Shown: piece by piece, positions 20,436-28,572 of the stretch
How the letters are laid out: each line of letters starts with the position of its first letter
How positions within the stretch are numbered: position 1 is the first letter of the stretch
Source of the DNA: a virus
Taxonomy: Duplodnaviria; Caudoviricetes
IMG/VR virus record: IMGVR_UViG_3300017722_005389
Length of the DNA stretch: 64,000 nt
Strand: one strand, 5' to 3'
Notes under the pieces: generated by a model
The model's input: the letters and a program-made list of their open reading frames with translations, nothing else
Told to the model about the DNA's origin: nothing
The model's database searches: none
Translations under genes and position numbers: made by a program

Positions 20436-21254
20436 TTAATTAATAATGTTTACGTTATCATTCCTCATTTCATTTCTTTCTAATATTGTAGATTCTAAAA
20501 CTTTATGAGGTGTAGAGTATTTTTGCATATATTTTAATAAGGCATTAGTATCTTTTGGAAAACATGCTCCTCCATAGCTTAATTTACCATCAGGACCAGG
20601 AATTTGAGTATGCATGGGATTTATCCAATTGTTTTTAAGCATTAAATTTTTGACTGTATCATAATCAACATTCATTGCGTTACATAATAGATATAGCTCA
20701 TTAAAAAATTGAACTTTTACTGCATAAAAACTATTAGCAAAAATTTTCATACTTTCAGATTCATTTGAAGTAACGATAGATAATTCAGCAGAAGGATAAT
20801 ATTTTAAATAAAAATTCGCTATTATGTCTATATCCGTATGACTACAATTTTTTCCATATCCTATCACAATATGAGATTGATTATGAAAATCATCGAAGGC
20901 TGTTCTTTGTGTTAAGAATTCTGGATTATGAAATATTTTTAAAGTTTTGAAATTATCTGAATAATATTCAGTTGACGTTGGTTCTACTGTACTTTTAATT
21001 ATAATTAATCCTGTATACTTATATTCTTCTAATTTTTCTAAAGTTTCAAAAATAGCTGATTTATCATATTCAGATATTTTTTCATTATATGGAGTTGGTA
21101 GAGCTAAAAATATAATATCAGAACTTAAACATTCATCAAAAGATCCGATATTTTTATATTTGTCATGAACTGTAATGTTGGGAATTTTATATTTAGTAAA
21201 ACTTTCTAACATTGCAGTTCCAACAAATCCTAAGCCTATTATAGAAATTTTCAT
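20436..21254 (-). CDS. ugd: UDP-glucose/GDP-mannose dehydrogenase family protein lacking the C-terminal domain
   Basis: IGLGFVG Rossmann motif, IKSTVEP, HNPEFL, SESMKIFANSF and GGACFPKD with the catalytic Cys; only 272 aa. Confidence 0.85.
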   Translation of the reverse strand: MKISIIGLGFVGTAMLESFTKYKIPNITVHDKYKNIGSFDECLSSDIIFLALPTPYNEKISEYDKSAIFETLEKLEEYKYTGLIIIKSTVEPTSTEYYSDNFKTLKIFHNPEFLTQRTAFDDFHNQSHIVIGYGKNCSHTDIDIIANFYLKYYPSAELSIVTSNESESMKIFANSFYAVKVQFFNELYLLCNAMNVDYDTVKNLMLKNNWINPMHTQIPGPDGKLSYGGACFPKDTNALLKYMQKYSTPHKVLESTILERNEMRNDNVNIIN

Positions 21255-21276
21255 AAGTTATCTTATTATAAATGAT

Positions 21277-21336
21277 ATTTTTAATTAATATAATTAATTT
21301 TCTTATGAAAATAAAAAAGGTCTCTGATGAGACCTT
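21277..21336. repeat. 60-bp direct repeat, copy 2
   Basis: Identical to 20352-20411. Confidence 0.95.
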
Positions 21337-21339
21337 TTT
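21313..21339 (-). terminator. Rho-independent terminator, potentially bidirectional
   Basis: AAAAAAGGTCTC-TGAT-GAGACCTTTTT. Confidence 0.8.
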
Positions 21340-21348
21340 GTTATAATC

Positions 21349-22326
21349 TTACATATTTAAAGCTTTATCACCTAATTCTATAATTTTATCCATAATTTCT
21401 TCAGCAAACAAGTTTGAAACTATTACCATACTTTTTTTGGATTCAAAATCAAACATATAATAGACAATTGTTCCTGTATCCCCTGCTCCCAATCCTCCGA
21501 CAGGATTTGTTTTGTTATCAAAAAAATGATACAATGTACTTCTTTTGATTATCTTATTAGTCAATAAAGCTCTTGAGAATTTATGTAAATCATTTATAGA
21601 GGTATATATTAGTCCTTTTGCAAAATAATTTGACCATTCATCAGCTCTAACAACTTCTTTTGTATTGTCTTTATAAAGATACCCAATCATATTCCACATG
21701 CTATAATCTTGAAAATCTACAGCTGCGCTGTTTGAACATCCTGCAGGTTCTAAAACTTCCTCTTTCAAAAGAACATCCCATTTTGTCTTTGTTATTAATT
21801 CTGCTATTGATAGCAAAATATAAAAATTGCTGTTACTGTAAGATTCATCAGAACCTGGATTAAAATGAAGTGGATATTTTCCCAAAGCTCTTAATATATC
21901 CACCCAATTGAAGTTTTGCGGTGCGTTATCATTATAATACGCAAAATCTGGTATTTCATTAAGAAAATCAGGTATACCACTTTTATGCTTCAAACAATCT
22001 TCTATTGTAATTTCAGCCCATTTATTCCAATCATAAAAATTGATAATATTTTTGCCATTTCTAACAGGATCAATCCATTTAAAAATTTTATCTTTCAAAT
22101 TCATAGCACCTGATTCTATCAATTTCAATATCAAAATTTTTACATGTAATTTGCTTACACTTTGGGCAAAAAATGGGGTATCATTTGAAATGTCTCCTTC
22201 TTTAAAGGAGAACAAATATTTTCCTTTTGAAAGGTCATCGTTATACTGAACTAAACTTAAACTTAAACTTGGAATAGAATACTCTCTTTTGAAATTTGAT
22301 AATTCAGTTTTGAAATTTTGTGGCAT
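21349..22326 (-). CDS. Serine hydrolase, beta-lactamase/penicillin-binding-protein fold (class C-like)
   Basis: SxxK (QSVSK), CLKHKSGIPD, LHFNPG and YxN (YSN). No signal peptide seen. Confidence 0.85.
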   Translation of the reverse strand: MPQNFKTELSNFKREYSIPSLSLSLVQYNDDLSKGKYLFSFKEGDISNDTPFFAQSVSKLHVKILILKLIESGAMNLKDKIFKWIDPVRNGKNIINFYDWNKWAEITIEDCLKHKSGIPDFLNEIPDFAYYNDNAPQNFNWVDILRALGKYPLHFNPGSDESYSNSNFYILLSIAELITKTKWDVLLKEEVLEPAGCSNSAAVDFQDYSMWNMIGYLYKDNTKEVVRADEWSNYFAKGLIYTSINDLHKFSRALLTNKIIKRSTLYHFFDNKTNPVGGLGAGDTGTIVYYMFDFESKKSMVIVSNLFAEEIMDKIIELGDKALNM

Positions 22327-22359
22327 TCTTTTTATATAAATATTCTTTTGTAAAACAAA

Positions 22360-22390
22360 AAAAAAATCTACTTATGAAGTAGATTTTTTT
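22360..22390. terminator. Bidirectional hairpin terminator
   Basis: AAAAAAATCTACTT-ATG-AAGTAGATTTTTTT perfect stem. Confidence 0.8.
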
Positions 22391-22881
22391 GCTTTAACAA
22401 AAGAAATATAATTTTTCAAGATAGTATTAGCAATTTCATCTGGATTTTTAATTTTATATTCTTTGAGAAAGAAATTTCTAACAGAGCTTTTTTCGTTTCT
22501 CAGAAGCCATATATCGATTATTTTTTTGCCAACTGTTGGATGTAGTTCTATAGCAAAAGAAAATTCGTCAAATTTTTCAAAGTCATCTATTTTATTTTCT
22601 GGAGTGATACTAACAAGATACTCTATAGCTTCATCAATGTTCTTTGGGATTTTTTCAATATATGAATCAATATTTTTTTTCAAGATGGCACATTTTTCAT
22701 ATTGTTCTAATTTCTCGTAATATTCGATTGTATCAATCATGATAAAATAATATTCTTCAAAGGACTCTGAAATGAAATAATAATACTTATCTTTTAAAAC
22801 TATATCATAAACATATTCAAAAAATTGTTTTTCTTTTTCATCAATGAAAATAGTTTGAGCCGTTATTCCTGTTAAACTCAT
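22372..22881 (-). CDS. Hypothetical protein
   Basis: 169 aa; contains YYEKLEQYEKCAILK, a UVR-like helical motif. Confidence 0.6.
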   Translation of the reverse strand: MSLTGITAQTIFIDEKEKQFFEYVYDIVLKDKYYYFISESFEEYYFIMIDTIEYYEKLEQYEKCAILKKNIDSYIEKIPKNIDEAIEYLVSITPENKIDDFEKFDEFSFAIELHPTVGKKIIDIWLLRNEKSSVRNFFLKEYKIKNPDEIANTILKNYISFVKAKKSTS

Positions 22882-23915
22882 TTGTTTACTCGATTATTTG
22901 TATCTGTTGTTTTTTGAACAAGTTCAGTTTCACCTGCAACAAAAGTTTCCAGATACTTATCTCCAGTATAACTCATAGCTGTTGCAAGTCTGTGATTCAA
23001 ATTAGAAATTAATTCTTCTAAAGTGAATAGAACTTCGTTTCTTTTGTGTATACCTTCACTAGGACGTAGTATTTTTTTTCTCCAGGATTTTTGTACTTCT
23101 GTGGTACTCATTCCCCTATATTTTCTATAGACTTTAAAACCAAGTCTTTTGAAAAATGCTATACTTATATTTGGAATTGGAATTCGGTTTGAAAGATATG
23201 CTTGTCCGCAAGCTTCATTTGTTTTGTTGAAAATACTTCCCATCATAACGAAGTCTGCACCGCATGCTAAAGCGATATTTACATCTGCTGTTGAAGAAAT
23301 ACCTCCATCTGCAATTATATTAGTAGAATAACCTGCTTTTTCTTTGATCATTCTTGCTTCCATAAGTAAAGATGCCATTGGATAATGAACACCTGTATGA
23401 GTTGTGGTGGTGCATACTGCTCCCATTCCTATACCAAATTTGCAATAATCCACACCAATTTCAGCAAAACTTGCATATGTTTCTGGATTTGCAATATTGC
23501 CAATCATAAGAATTAAATCACTTCCATATATATCTTTTGCATCAGCACAAGCATTGAAAAGTTTTGACATATGACCATTTGCTATATCGATATGAATATA
23601 CCAATGTTTAGGCTGCTCTTGATTCTTTATAAATTTTTGAATAAACTCATCTAAAGAGTAACTTTCAAATACATTTGGAGTATTCTCTTCGAGATAAATT
23701 CCTCTTGGAAGACAAATGTTCAAACCTGCCTCCATAAAAAGTTTATAATTTTCCTTGTTAAGGACTGTATCCATTGGAGCCACAAAAAATGGTGATTGAC
23801 CATTTTCGTAAGTTGTCATAACATCGTTTCTGCTATCAATATCTGATAAAATAGCAGGCACAATTGCTAAATCTCCAAGATTTAAGGTTTCTTTAATATT
23901 CTTCAAATTTGCCAT
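22878..23915 (-). CDS. IMP dehydrogenase/GMP reductase family protein without CBS domains
   Basis: APMDTV, DIANGH, GIGMGAVCTT (catalytic Cys), IIADGGI and YRGMST. Confidence 0.9.
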   Translation of the reverse strand: MANLKNIKETLNLGDLAIVPAILSDIDSRNDVMTTYENGQSPFFVAPMDTVLNKENYKLFMEAGLNICLPRGIYLEENTPNVFESYSLDEFIQKFIKNQEQPKHWYIHIDIANGHMSKLFNACADAKDIYGSDLILMIGNIANPETYASFAEIGVDYCKFGIGMGAVCTTTTHTGVHYPMASLLMEARMIKEKAGYSTNIIADGGISSTADVNIALACGADFVMMGSIFNKTNEACGQAYLSNRIPIPNISIAFFKRLGFKVYRKYRGMSTTEVQKSWRKKILRPSEGIHKRNEVLFTLEELISNLNHRLATAMSYTGDKYLETFVAGETELVQKTTDTNNRVNK

Positions 23916-24486
23916 CTAAAATTCGATCAAAGTTTACAATTTCTGAATAAGAGTTACTAAGTTTTTTTTTCAATTTTTTATTATGCTCAGATGTTAAAAT
24001 AATTTTTGGTGCATCTGGATAGTTGTAGAATATACTTTGGGGTACATCGTAAGTATTGAATATTAATTTTGATGTTATCCCCATCATATGGTCTATACTT
24101 TTATATAAGCGTTCAGAATAGTCATCTGAATCAATAATGATGCAATCATAAAAATCATAAATTTCGTTTATATTTATTTCGTCATAACAAAACACTCCAG
24201 TGACAGATAACTTTTTCTTCAGAGAATATAAGATATTGCCATCTCTTTCAACACCATTCTCATGATAATATTTATAGTTCTCAAGAATTTTGAAAATTAT
24301 ATCGATTTGAGTTTTTCTGTCTTTGGTGAGAATCAATATTGAATAATCTTCTTTTAAAAACATATTTTCAGCAGCCCATTCAGTTATGAATGTTGTGAAT
24401 CCTACACCCTTTGGGCTTCCTGTTATCAAGAAATCCGCTTCATCGAATATTTGCCAAAGATCGTTTATATAAAATCTGTCAGTCAT
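23893..24486 (-). CDS. Degenerate P-loop protein resembling the terminase large-subunit ATPase N-half
   Basis: LITGSPKGVGFTT (compare K.RQ.G.TT), ILILTKDRKT and IIIDSDD (Walker B-like). Confidence 0.45.
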   Translation of the reverse strand: MTDRFYINDLWQIFDEADFLITGSPKGVGFTTFITEWAAENMFLKEDYSILILTKDRKTQIDIIFKILENYKYYHENGVERDGNILYSLKKKLSVTGVFCYDEININEIYDFYDCIIIDSDDYSERLYKSIDHMMGITSKLIFNTYDVPQSIFYNYPDAPKIILTSEHNKKLKKKLSNSYSEIVNFDRILDGKFEEY

Positions 24487-24492
24487 AATTTA

Positions 24493-25050
24493 TTATTTTA
24501 TACCAGTTGAACCAAAACCACCTGTACGGTCTTTAGAATTAAAATCTTCAGGAGAATCTACGATTTCTCATTGAAGTTTATCTACTTTTGAAAAAATCAT
24601 TTGAGCAATCCTTTCTTTAGGTTCAATAACCTGCTCTTTACCTGAAAGATTGATAACTGCTACTTTAATTTCATCTACATAATCATCATCGATGGTTCCG
24701 ATACAATTGATGAGTGTGATACCTTTCTTGTAGGCAGTGCCACTTCTTGCTCTCAATTGAATTTCATAGTCATCTGGAATATCTACATAAATCCCTGTAG
24801 GAATCAATGTAATTTCCATTGGTTGGATCACTTTAGGTTCTTGTAGATAAGCGCACACATCTAATCCAGAGGAGCCTTGCGTTTTGTATTCAGGGATAAA
24901 CCCTTCACCACCTCTAGAATAAATTTTAACTTTCTTTTGAAGGTTATATGTATATTCACCTTTTGCAAGAGACTCTTGAATCGACATTGATTCTTGTATA
25001 ATCTTTCTGGTTTTTTCTACAGATTTTTCGATTTCTTCTAAATTGTGCAT
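24493..25050 (-). pseudogene. dut: Trimeric dUTPase interrupted by an in-frame TGA at 24568-24570 (pseudogene or readthrough)
   Basis: Motifs I-IV (SSGLDV, RSG, GTIDDDY, ERIAQM) lie before the TGA. The same frame continues EIVDSPEDFNSKDRTGGFGSTGIK (motif V) to a TAA at 24493-24495. Confidence 0.9.
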
Positions 25051-25116
25051 TGTGTATATTTTTAAAATGTTGTTCAGAGTAATTAACCTATACTTTCCAA
25101 AGAAAGTTCATATTTT

Positions 25117-26274
25117 CTAAAGATTTTTATAAAGTGATGCTCTTTTGCGTGTCACATTATTTAGATCATACTTATCTTTAACTGTTTCATACAATGCTTC
25201 ACCCATTTCTTTTCTCATATTTTCATTTCTAATCAATGCTTTTGAATATTCATACCATTCCTTATGATTTCTTTTTTCTGGAACGAGAAATCCGTTTTTA
25301 CCATGAACTATATCAAGTTGATATGGATAAATTTCACTTGCAATCAGAGGTTTCTTATGGAATCCTGCTTCAAGAACTTTTAACTGAGATTTCATAGTAT
25401 TAAAAGTATTAATTTTCAAAGGTGCCAAAGCTATATCAATCTCATTATAACATTTTGCGTAAGAATGAATGGGTTTACTCCAAACTCTTCTATAAGATTG
25501 TTCTTGAATATTTTCATACTCTTCTTCTCTTGGATGTAAAAGATAGTGTATATAATTATCATCTTTCATTTTGTAGTTGTTGGTAAACAACATTTCACAC
25601 TGCATCCAAAGTTCGGGTCTTTTGGTGGTAGTTATTTCACCTGTTTGTATGTTTCGGATCTTGTTATCAAATCCTGCCATGACTAATTGTGCTTCATTAT
25701 AATGCTTATTATGGATATGATTGGATAAACCTCCAAGGCACTTTAAATCCTCTAAATGGCTTGAACCACCAGCCCATCCAATTCTAACTTTATTTGATTC
25801 AATAGGATTACTAATGAATTGCTCTTCTTCGGGATTTATAGCATTCTCAAGAACTTTAACATTTTTATTAAATCTCAAAAGTTCTCTTGCAAGATTAACT
25901 GTAGTTGTAGTAATCAAATCTGCAATTTTTAATCTTTCAACCAATGTTTTATAAGTCTCTTCCATTTTTTTATACATTGCGTGACTTGGACTCAATCTCC
26001 AATAATCATCAATATCTAAAACAATTTTAAGACCTTGCTTTTTAAGATTCTCAAGAATTTTAAACAGGTTGTCATTCATCACAACAGTTCCTTGTAATAC
26101 AATAATGTCATAAAATGAAATGAAATCTTTATCTTCAATAGGAGGATTATCCATAATATCGACAATAAAATCATCCTTATGGTTTTTTTGCAATGTTATA
26201 TGCGGATCGCTAAATCTAAATTTGCCCACTCCAGCATTTTTAACTTCAACTACTAAGACTTTAACTTTTGACAT
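25117..26274 (-). CDS. Glycosyltransferase, GT-B fold
   Basis: DIDDYW, IGWAGGSSH and DIALAPL...FNTMKSQLKVLEAG. Confidence 0.85.
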   Translation of the reverse strand: MSKVKVLVVEVKNAGVGKFRFSDPHITLQKNHKDDFIVDIMDNPPIEDKDFISFYDIIVLQGTVVMNDNLFKILENLKKQGLKIVLDIDDYWRLSPSHAMYKKMEETYKTLVERLKIADLITTTTVNLARELLRFNKNVKVLENAINPEEEQFISNPIESNKVRIGWAGGSSHLEDLKCLGGLSNHIHNKHYNEAQLVMAGFDNKIRNIQTGEITTTKRPELWMQCEMLFTNNYKMKDDNYIHYLLHPREEEYENIQEQSYRRVWSKPIHSYAKCYNEIDIALAPLKINTFNTMKSQLKVLEAGFHKKPLIASEIYPYQLDIVHGKNGFLVPEKRNHKEWYEYSKALIRNENMRKEMGEALYETVKDKYDLNNVTRKRASLYKNL

Positions 26275-26316
26275 ATTTTTTATTTATAATATCCATAGAA
26301 TAGATTAAAAATAAAA

Positions 26317-26889
26317 ATGAACGAAAGTTGTATTCTTAAAGCAGGATTCATTCTTCAAAAGAACGCTTCAAAATATTATAATAGAATTAAAGAACTTTCT
26401 AAACAACCTATATTTTATTTAGATGATTATTATTTTGAAAAAGAGTGTGAAGAATTTTCTTATGAACTTCAAGGCACCATCATAAATAAAATTTTGCTTT
26501 TCAAAATAAGAACTTCTAAAAATCGTAAAGTATTTATAGCACTTGTGAATTTTCAAGAAGTTTCTATAATAGAAAATGCCGAAGACCTTTTAAGATTTTC
26601 GGCAAATTTAAACTTTGATTTTGGTTTTGTTTATATTATAAAATCAGAACTCGGTTATAAAATTGGAATGACTAAATCAATTCACGATAGAACAAGAATT
26701 TTCAATGTTAAACTTCCAATCGAATGGAATTTTGAAAAAATTTACTGTTTGAAAGATTATAAACTTCTTGAGAAATTTTTACATTCTAAATTCAATAAAA
26801 AAAAGATAAATGGCGAATGGTTTAATCTTTCTGAAGAGGATTTAACTCTAATTGAAAACTTTTATGATTTTATTAAACTCCCCAGCTAA
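26317..26889 (+). CDS. T5orf172/GIY-YIG-like domain protein
   Basis: FVYIIKSELGYKIGMT...LEKFLHSKF...INGEWFNL; oriented opposite to its neighbours. Confidence 0.8.
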   Translation: MNESCILKAGFILQKNASKYYNRIKELSKQPIFYLDDYYFEKECEEFSYELQGTIINKILLFKIRTSKNRKVFIALVNFQEVSIIENAEDLLRFSANLNFDFGFVYIIKSELGYKIGMTKSIHDRTRIFNVKLPIEWNFEKIYCLKDYKLLEKFLHSKFNKKKINGEWFNLSEEDLTLIENFYDFIKLPS

Positions 26890-27139
26890 AACCTTCACCT
26901 GCCCAACAATCGTTGACAATAGTTATCCATGAATCAATACAAGCTATATTACAACAGATGCCAGCAAATTTGTTTTCAGAGGCAAAATCTATTTTCAAGG
27001 CAACACTTTTAGGATCAACCTTCTCACCTGTAGCTAAATTTATAAAAACGGAAGTTTTTTTGGTTTTTCCGCTTTCAGGTGAAACCTTGAAGAAATATTC
27101 TAAAATTGTTCCGTTGTTATATGTTCTGCTTTGTATCAT
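26873..27139 (-). CDS. Hypothetical protein
   Basis: 88 aa, ATGA-coupled to the upstream gene. Confidence 0.5.
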   Translation of the reverse strand: MIQSRTYNNGTILEYFFKVSPESGKTKKTSVFINLATGEKVDPKSVALKIDFASENKFAGICCNIACIDSWITIVNDCWAGEGFSWGV

Positions 27140-27426
27140 TTTTTAACTGGTGACATTTTTCCTTTAAAATGGTGCCCCATAATAACCAAATGTACTTCAT
27201 CTGATTTACTTTCTTCAATAACTGTGGCTCCTTGAAGACCTTCAATCATCTCTGTTAATCTTTGAACTTGTTGTTTAAGCTCGTAAATCTGATGTTCTAA
27301 TGAAGAACTATTTGTATTATGAAGCTTGCTTTCATATAAATACTCTTCATCTACCATATGTTCGTGATTAACTTCCTTTGAAATTTTTTGTAGAAGTTTA
27401 TCAACTCTTGCATCTAATTTATCCAT
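27136..27426 (-). CDS. Hypothetical protein
   Basis: 96 aa with a coiled-coil segment, in the operon. Confidence 0.6.
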   Translation of the reverse strand: MDKLDARVDKLLQKISKEVNHEHMVDEEYLYESKLHNTNSSSLEHQIYELKQQVQRLTEMIEGLQGATVIEESKSDEVHLVIMGHHFKGKMSPVKK

Positions 27427-27802
27427 TTGAATCTGTTTTTTCTCTATGAACTGATTGCATCATCATTGCTACAGTTCTTTCTAATTGTGATGATATTTGT
27501 GAAGAAAGATTGTCTGATAAATCATCAAATACCTTTCTGATTTCAGAGTTAATCAAATATCTTAAATAACCTTCATTTATTAATCCGTTAGATTGATTTG
27601 TATTTGGATTGACATTTTTTGAATTAGCAATTTTTTCTGCCTTTTCAAAAACTTTTGCAGCCCTTTCAAAATCGAAACTTTCAAAAAGCTTATTAGTATC
27701 AACAAATGCGTCATCTTGATTAGAATTCTCCATTTCGGATAACACGTCTAAAAGCTCACTATCAAGCTCAGGATTAATTTCTTTTATTACTTTATTTTCC
27801 AT
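27419..27802 (-). CDS. Hypothetical protein
   Basis: 127 aa acidic protein, in the operon. Confidence 0.6.
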   Translation of the reverse strand: MENKVIKEINPELDSELLDVLSEMENSNQDDAFVDTNKLFESFDFERAAKVFEKAEKIANSKNVNPNTNQSNGLINEGYLRYLINSEIRKVFDDLSDNLSSQISSQLERTVAMMMQSVHREKTDSNG

Positions 27803-27835
27803 TTTTATTTATAATGTATATAAAATAAAATTAAA

Positions 27836-28207
27836 TTAAAATTTTACAATATTATAAATATTTGTCATATTTTTATCACCATCTGGATTAAATCTATCTC
27901 TCGGTTTATCAAATTTTTTATCAAAAAAGAAAAATGTCTTTAAAACTTTTAAGTCTTTTATTTTATCTCTTCTGAAAGTTTTCCATTGATTAATACCTCT
28001 TTTTGAATTACCTGCCGTTTGATAAATTCTTAATAATTCATTTCCTAAATGATTTTTACCAAAAACATATATCTCACCCTGTCTCCAACCAGTTTCATCT
28101 CCATATTTAAATTTCACTTGGAGTTTTTTTTCAATTGGATTGGTGATTTGAGAATTAGAAATAGCTTCAGCTAAAACATCTACATATGTTTCAAATAGTC
28201 CTTTCAT
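27836..28207 (-). CDS. WYL-like domain protein
   Basis: VKFKY...WRQGEIYVFG...LLRIYQ...WKTFRRDKIKDL follows the WYL Sm-like pattern. Confidence 0.6.
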   Translation of the reverse strand: MKGLFETYVDVLAEAISNSQITNPIEKKLQVKFKYGDETGWRQGEIYVFGKNHLGNELLRIYQTAGNSKRGINQWKTFRRDKIKDLKVLKTFFFFDKKFDKPRDRFNPDGDKNMTNIYNIVKF

Positions 28208-28566
28208 TACATGTTAAAAGAAAACGGAATGTTTGGAAAACAGTCGTACTGGTTATCTTTATTGTAAATATTCTTCAAAAGAAGGCTATTTCTTCCAGAG
28301 CCATCAACATCTGGTCTTCCAAAAATGTCATATGCACCACCACCATTGGAAGTGTCAAGATATCCAAACGTACCCTTTCCTTTGATATTTTGGGGATCAT
28401 CTGCTCCACCTTGTGCTTGCAAAGCATTTGGATGTTGAGTGCTATAAAATTTACCAGGTTCATTCTGATAAACATTTCTTAAAAGAAGTTGTTGTCTTGC
28501 TTCAGCAGCAATTTCTTCAAGCCTTGAACAGCTTGTACCGAGAGTGTTGTTGTTATCGCTTGTCAT
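28207..28566 (-). CDS. Hypothetical protein
   Basis: 119 aa Gly-rich, coupled by a TAATG overlap. Confidence 0.65.
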   Translation of the reverse strand: MTSDNNNTLGTSCSRLEEIAAEARQQLLLRNVYQNEPGKFYSTQHPNALQAQGGADDPQNIKGKGTFGYLDTSNGGGAYDIFGRPDVDGSGRNSLLLKNIYNKDNQYDCFPNIPFSFNM

Positions 28567-28572
28567 ATCTTT

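Noticed and set aside
7075-21254. Host O-antigen or capsule locus (bacterial chromosome or chimera)
   Set aside because: No wzx, wzy, wzz or initiating phospho-GT; genes are coupled continuously into phage sigma and spike genes. A chimera is not formally excluded without reads.
20352-21336. IS element, integron or CRISPR interpretation of the direct repeats
   Set aside because: Only two copies, a 925 bp period, and no transposase, integrase or cas gene; there is no repeat-spacer structure.
7075-26274. T4-style DNA glucosylation as the main role of the GTs
   Set aside because: No dCMP hydroxymethylase, TET/JBP or other base-priming enzyme is in the window, and the GT number and diversity exceed known DNA glycosylation sets. 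Down-weighted, not excluded.
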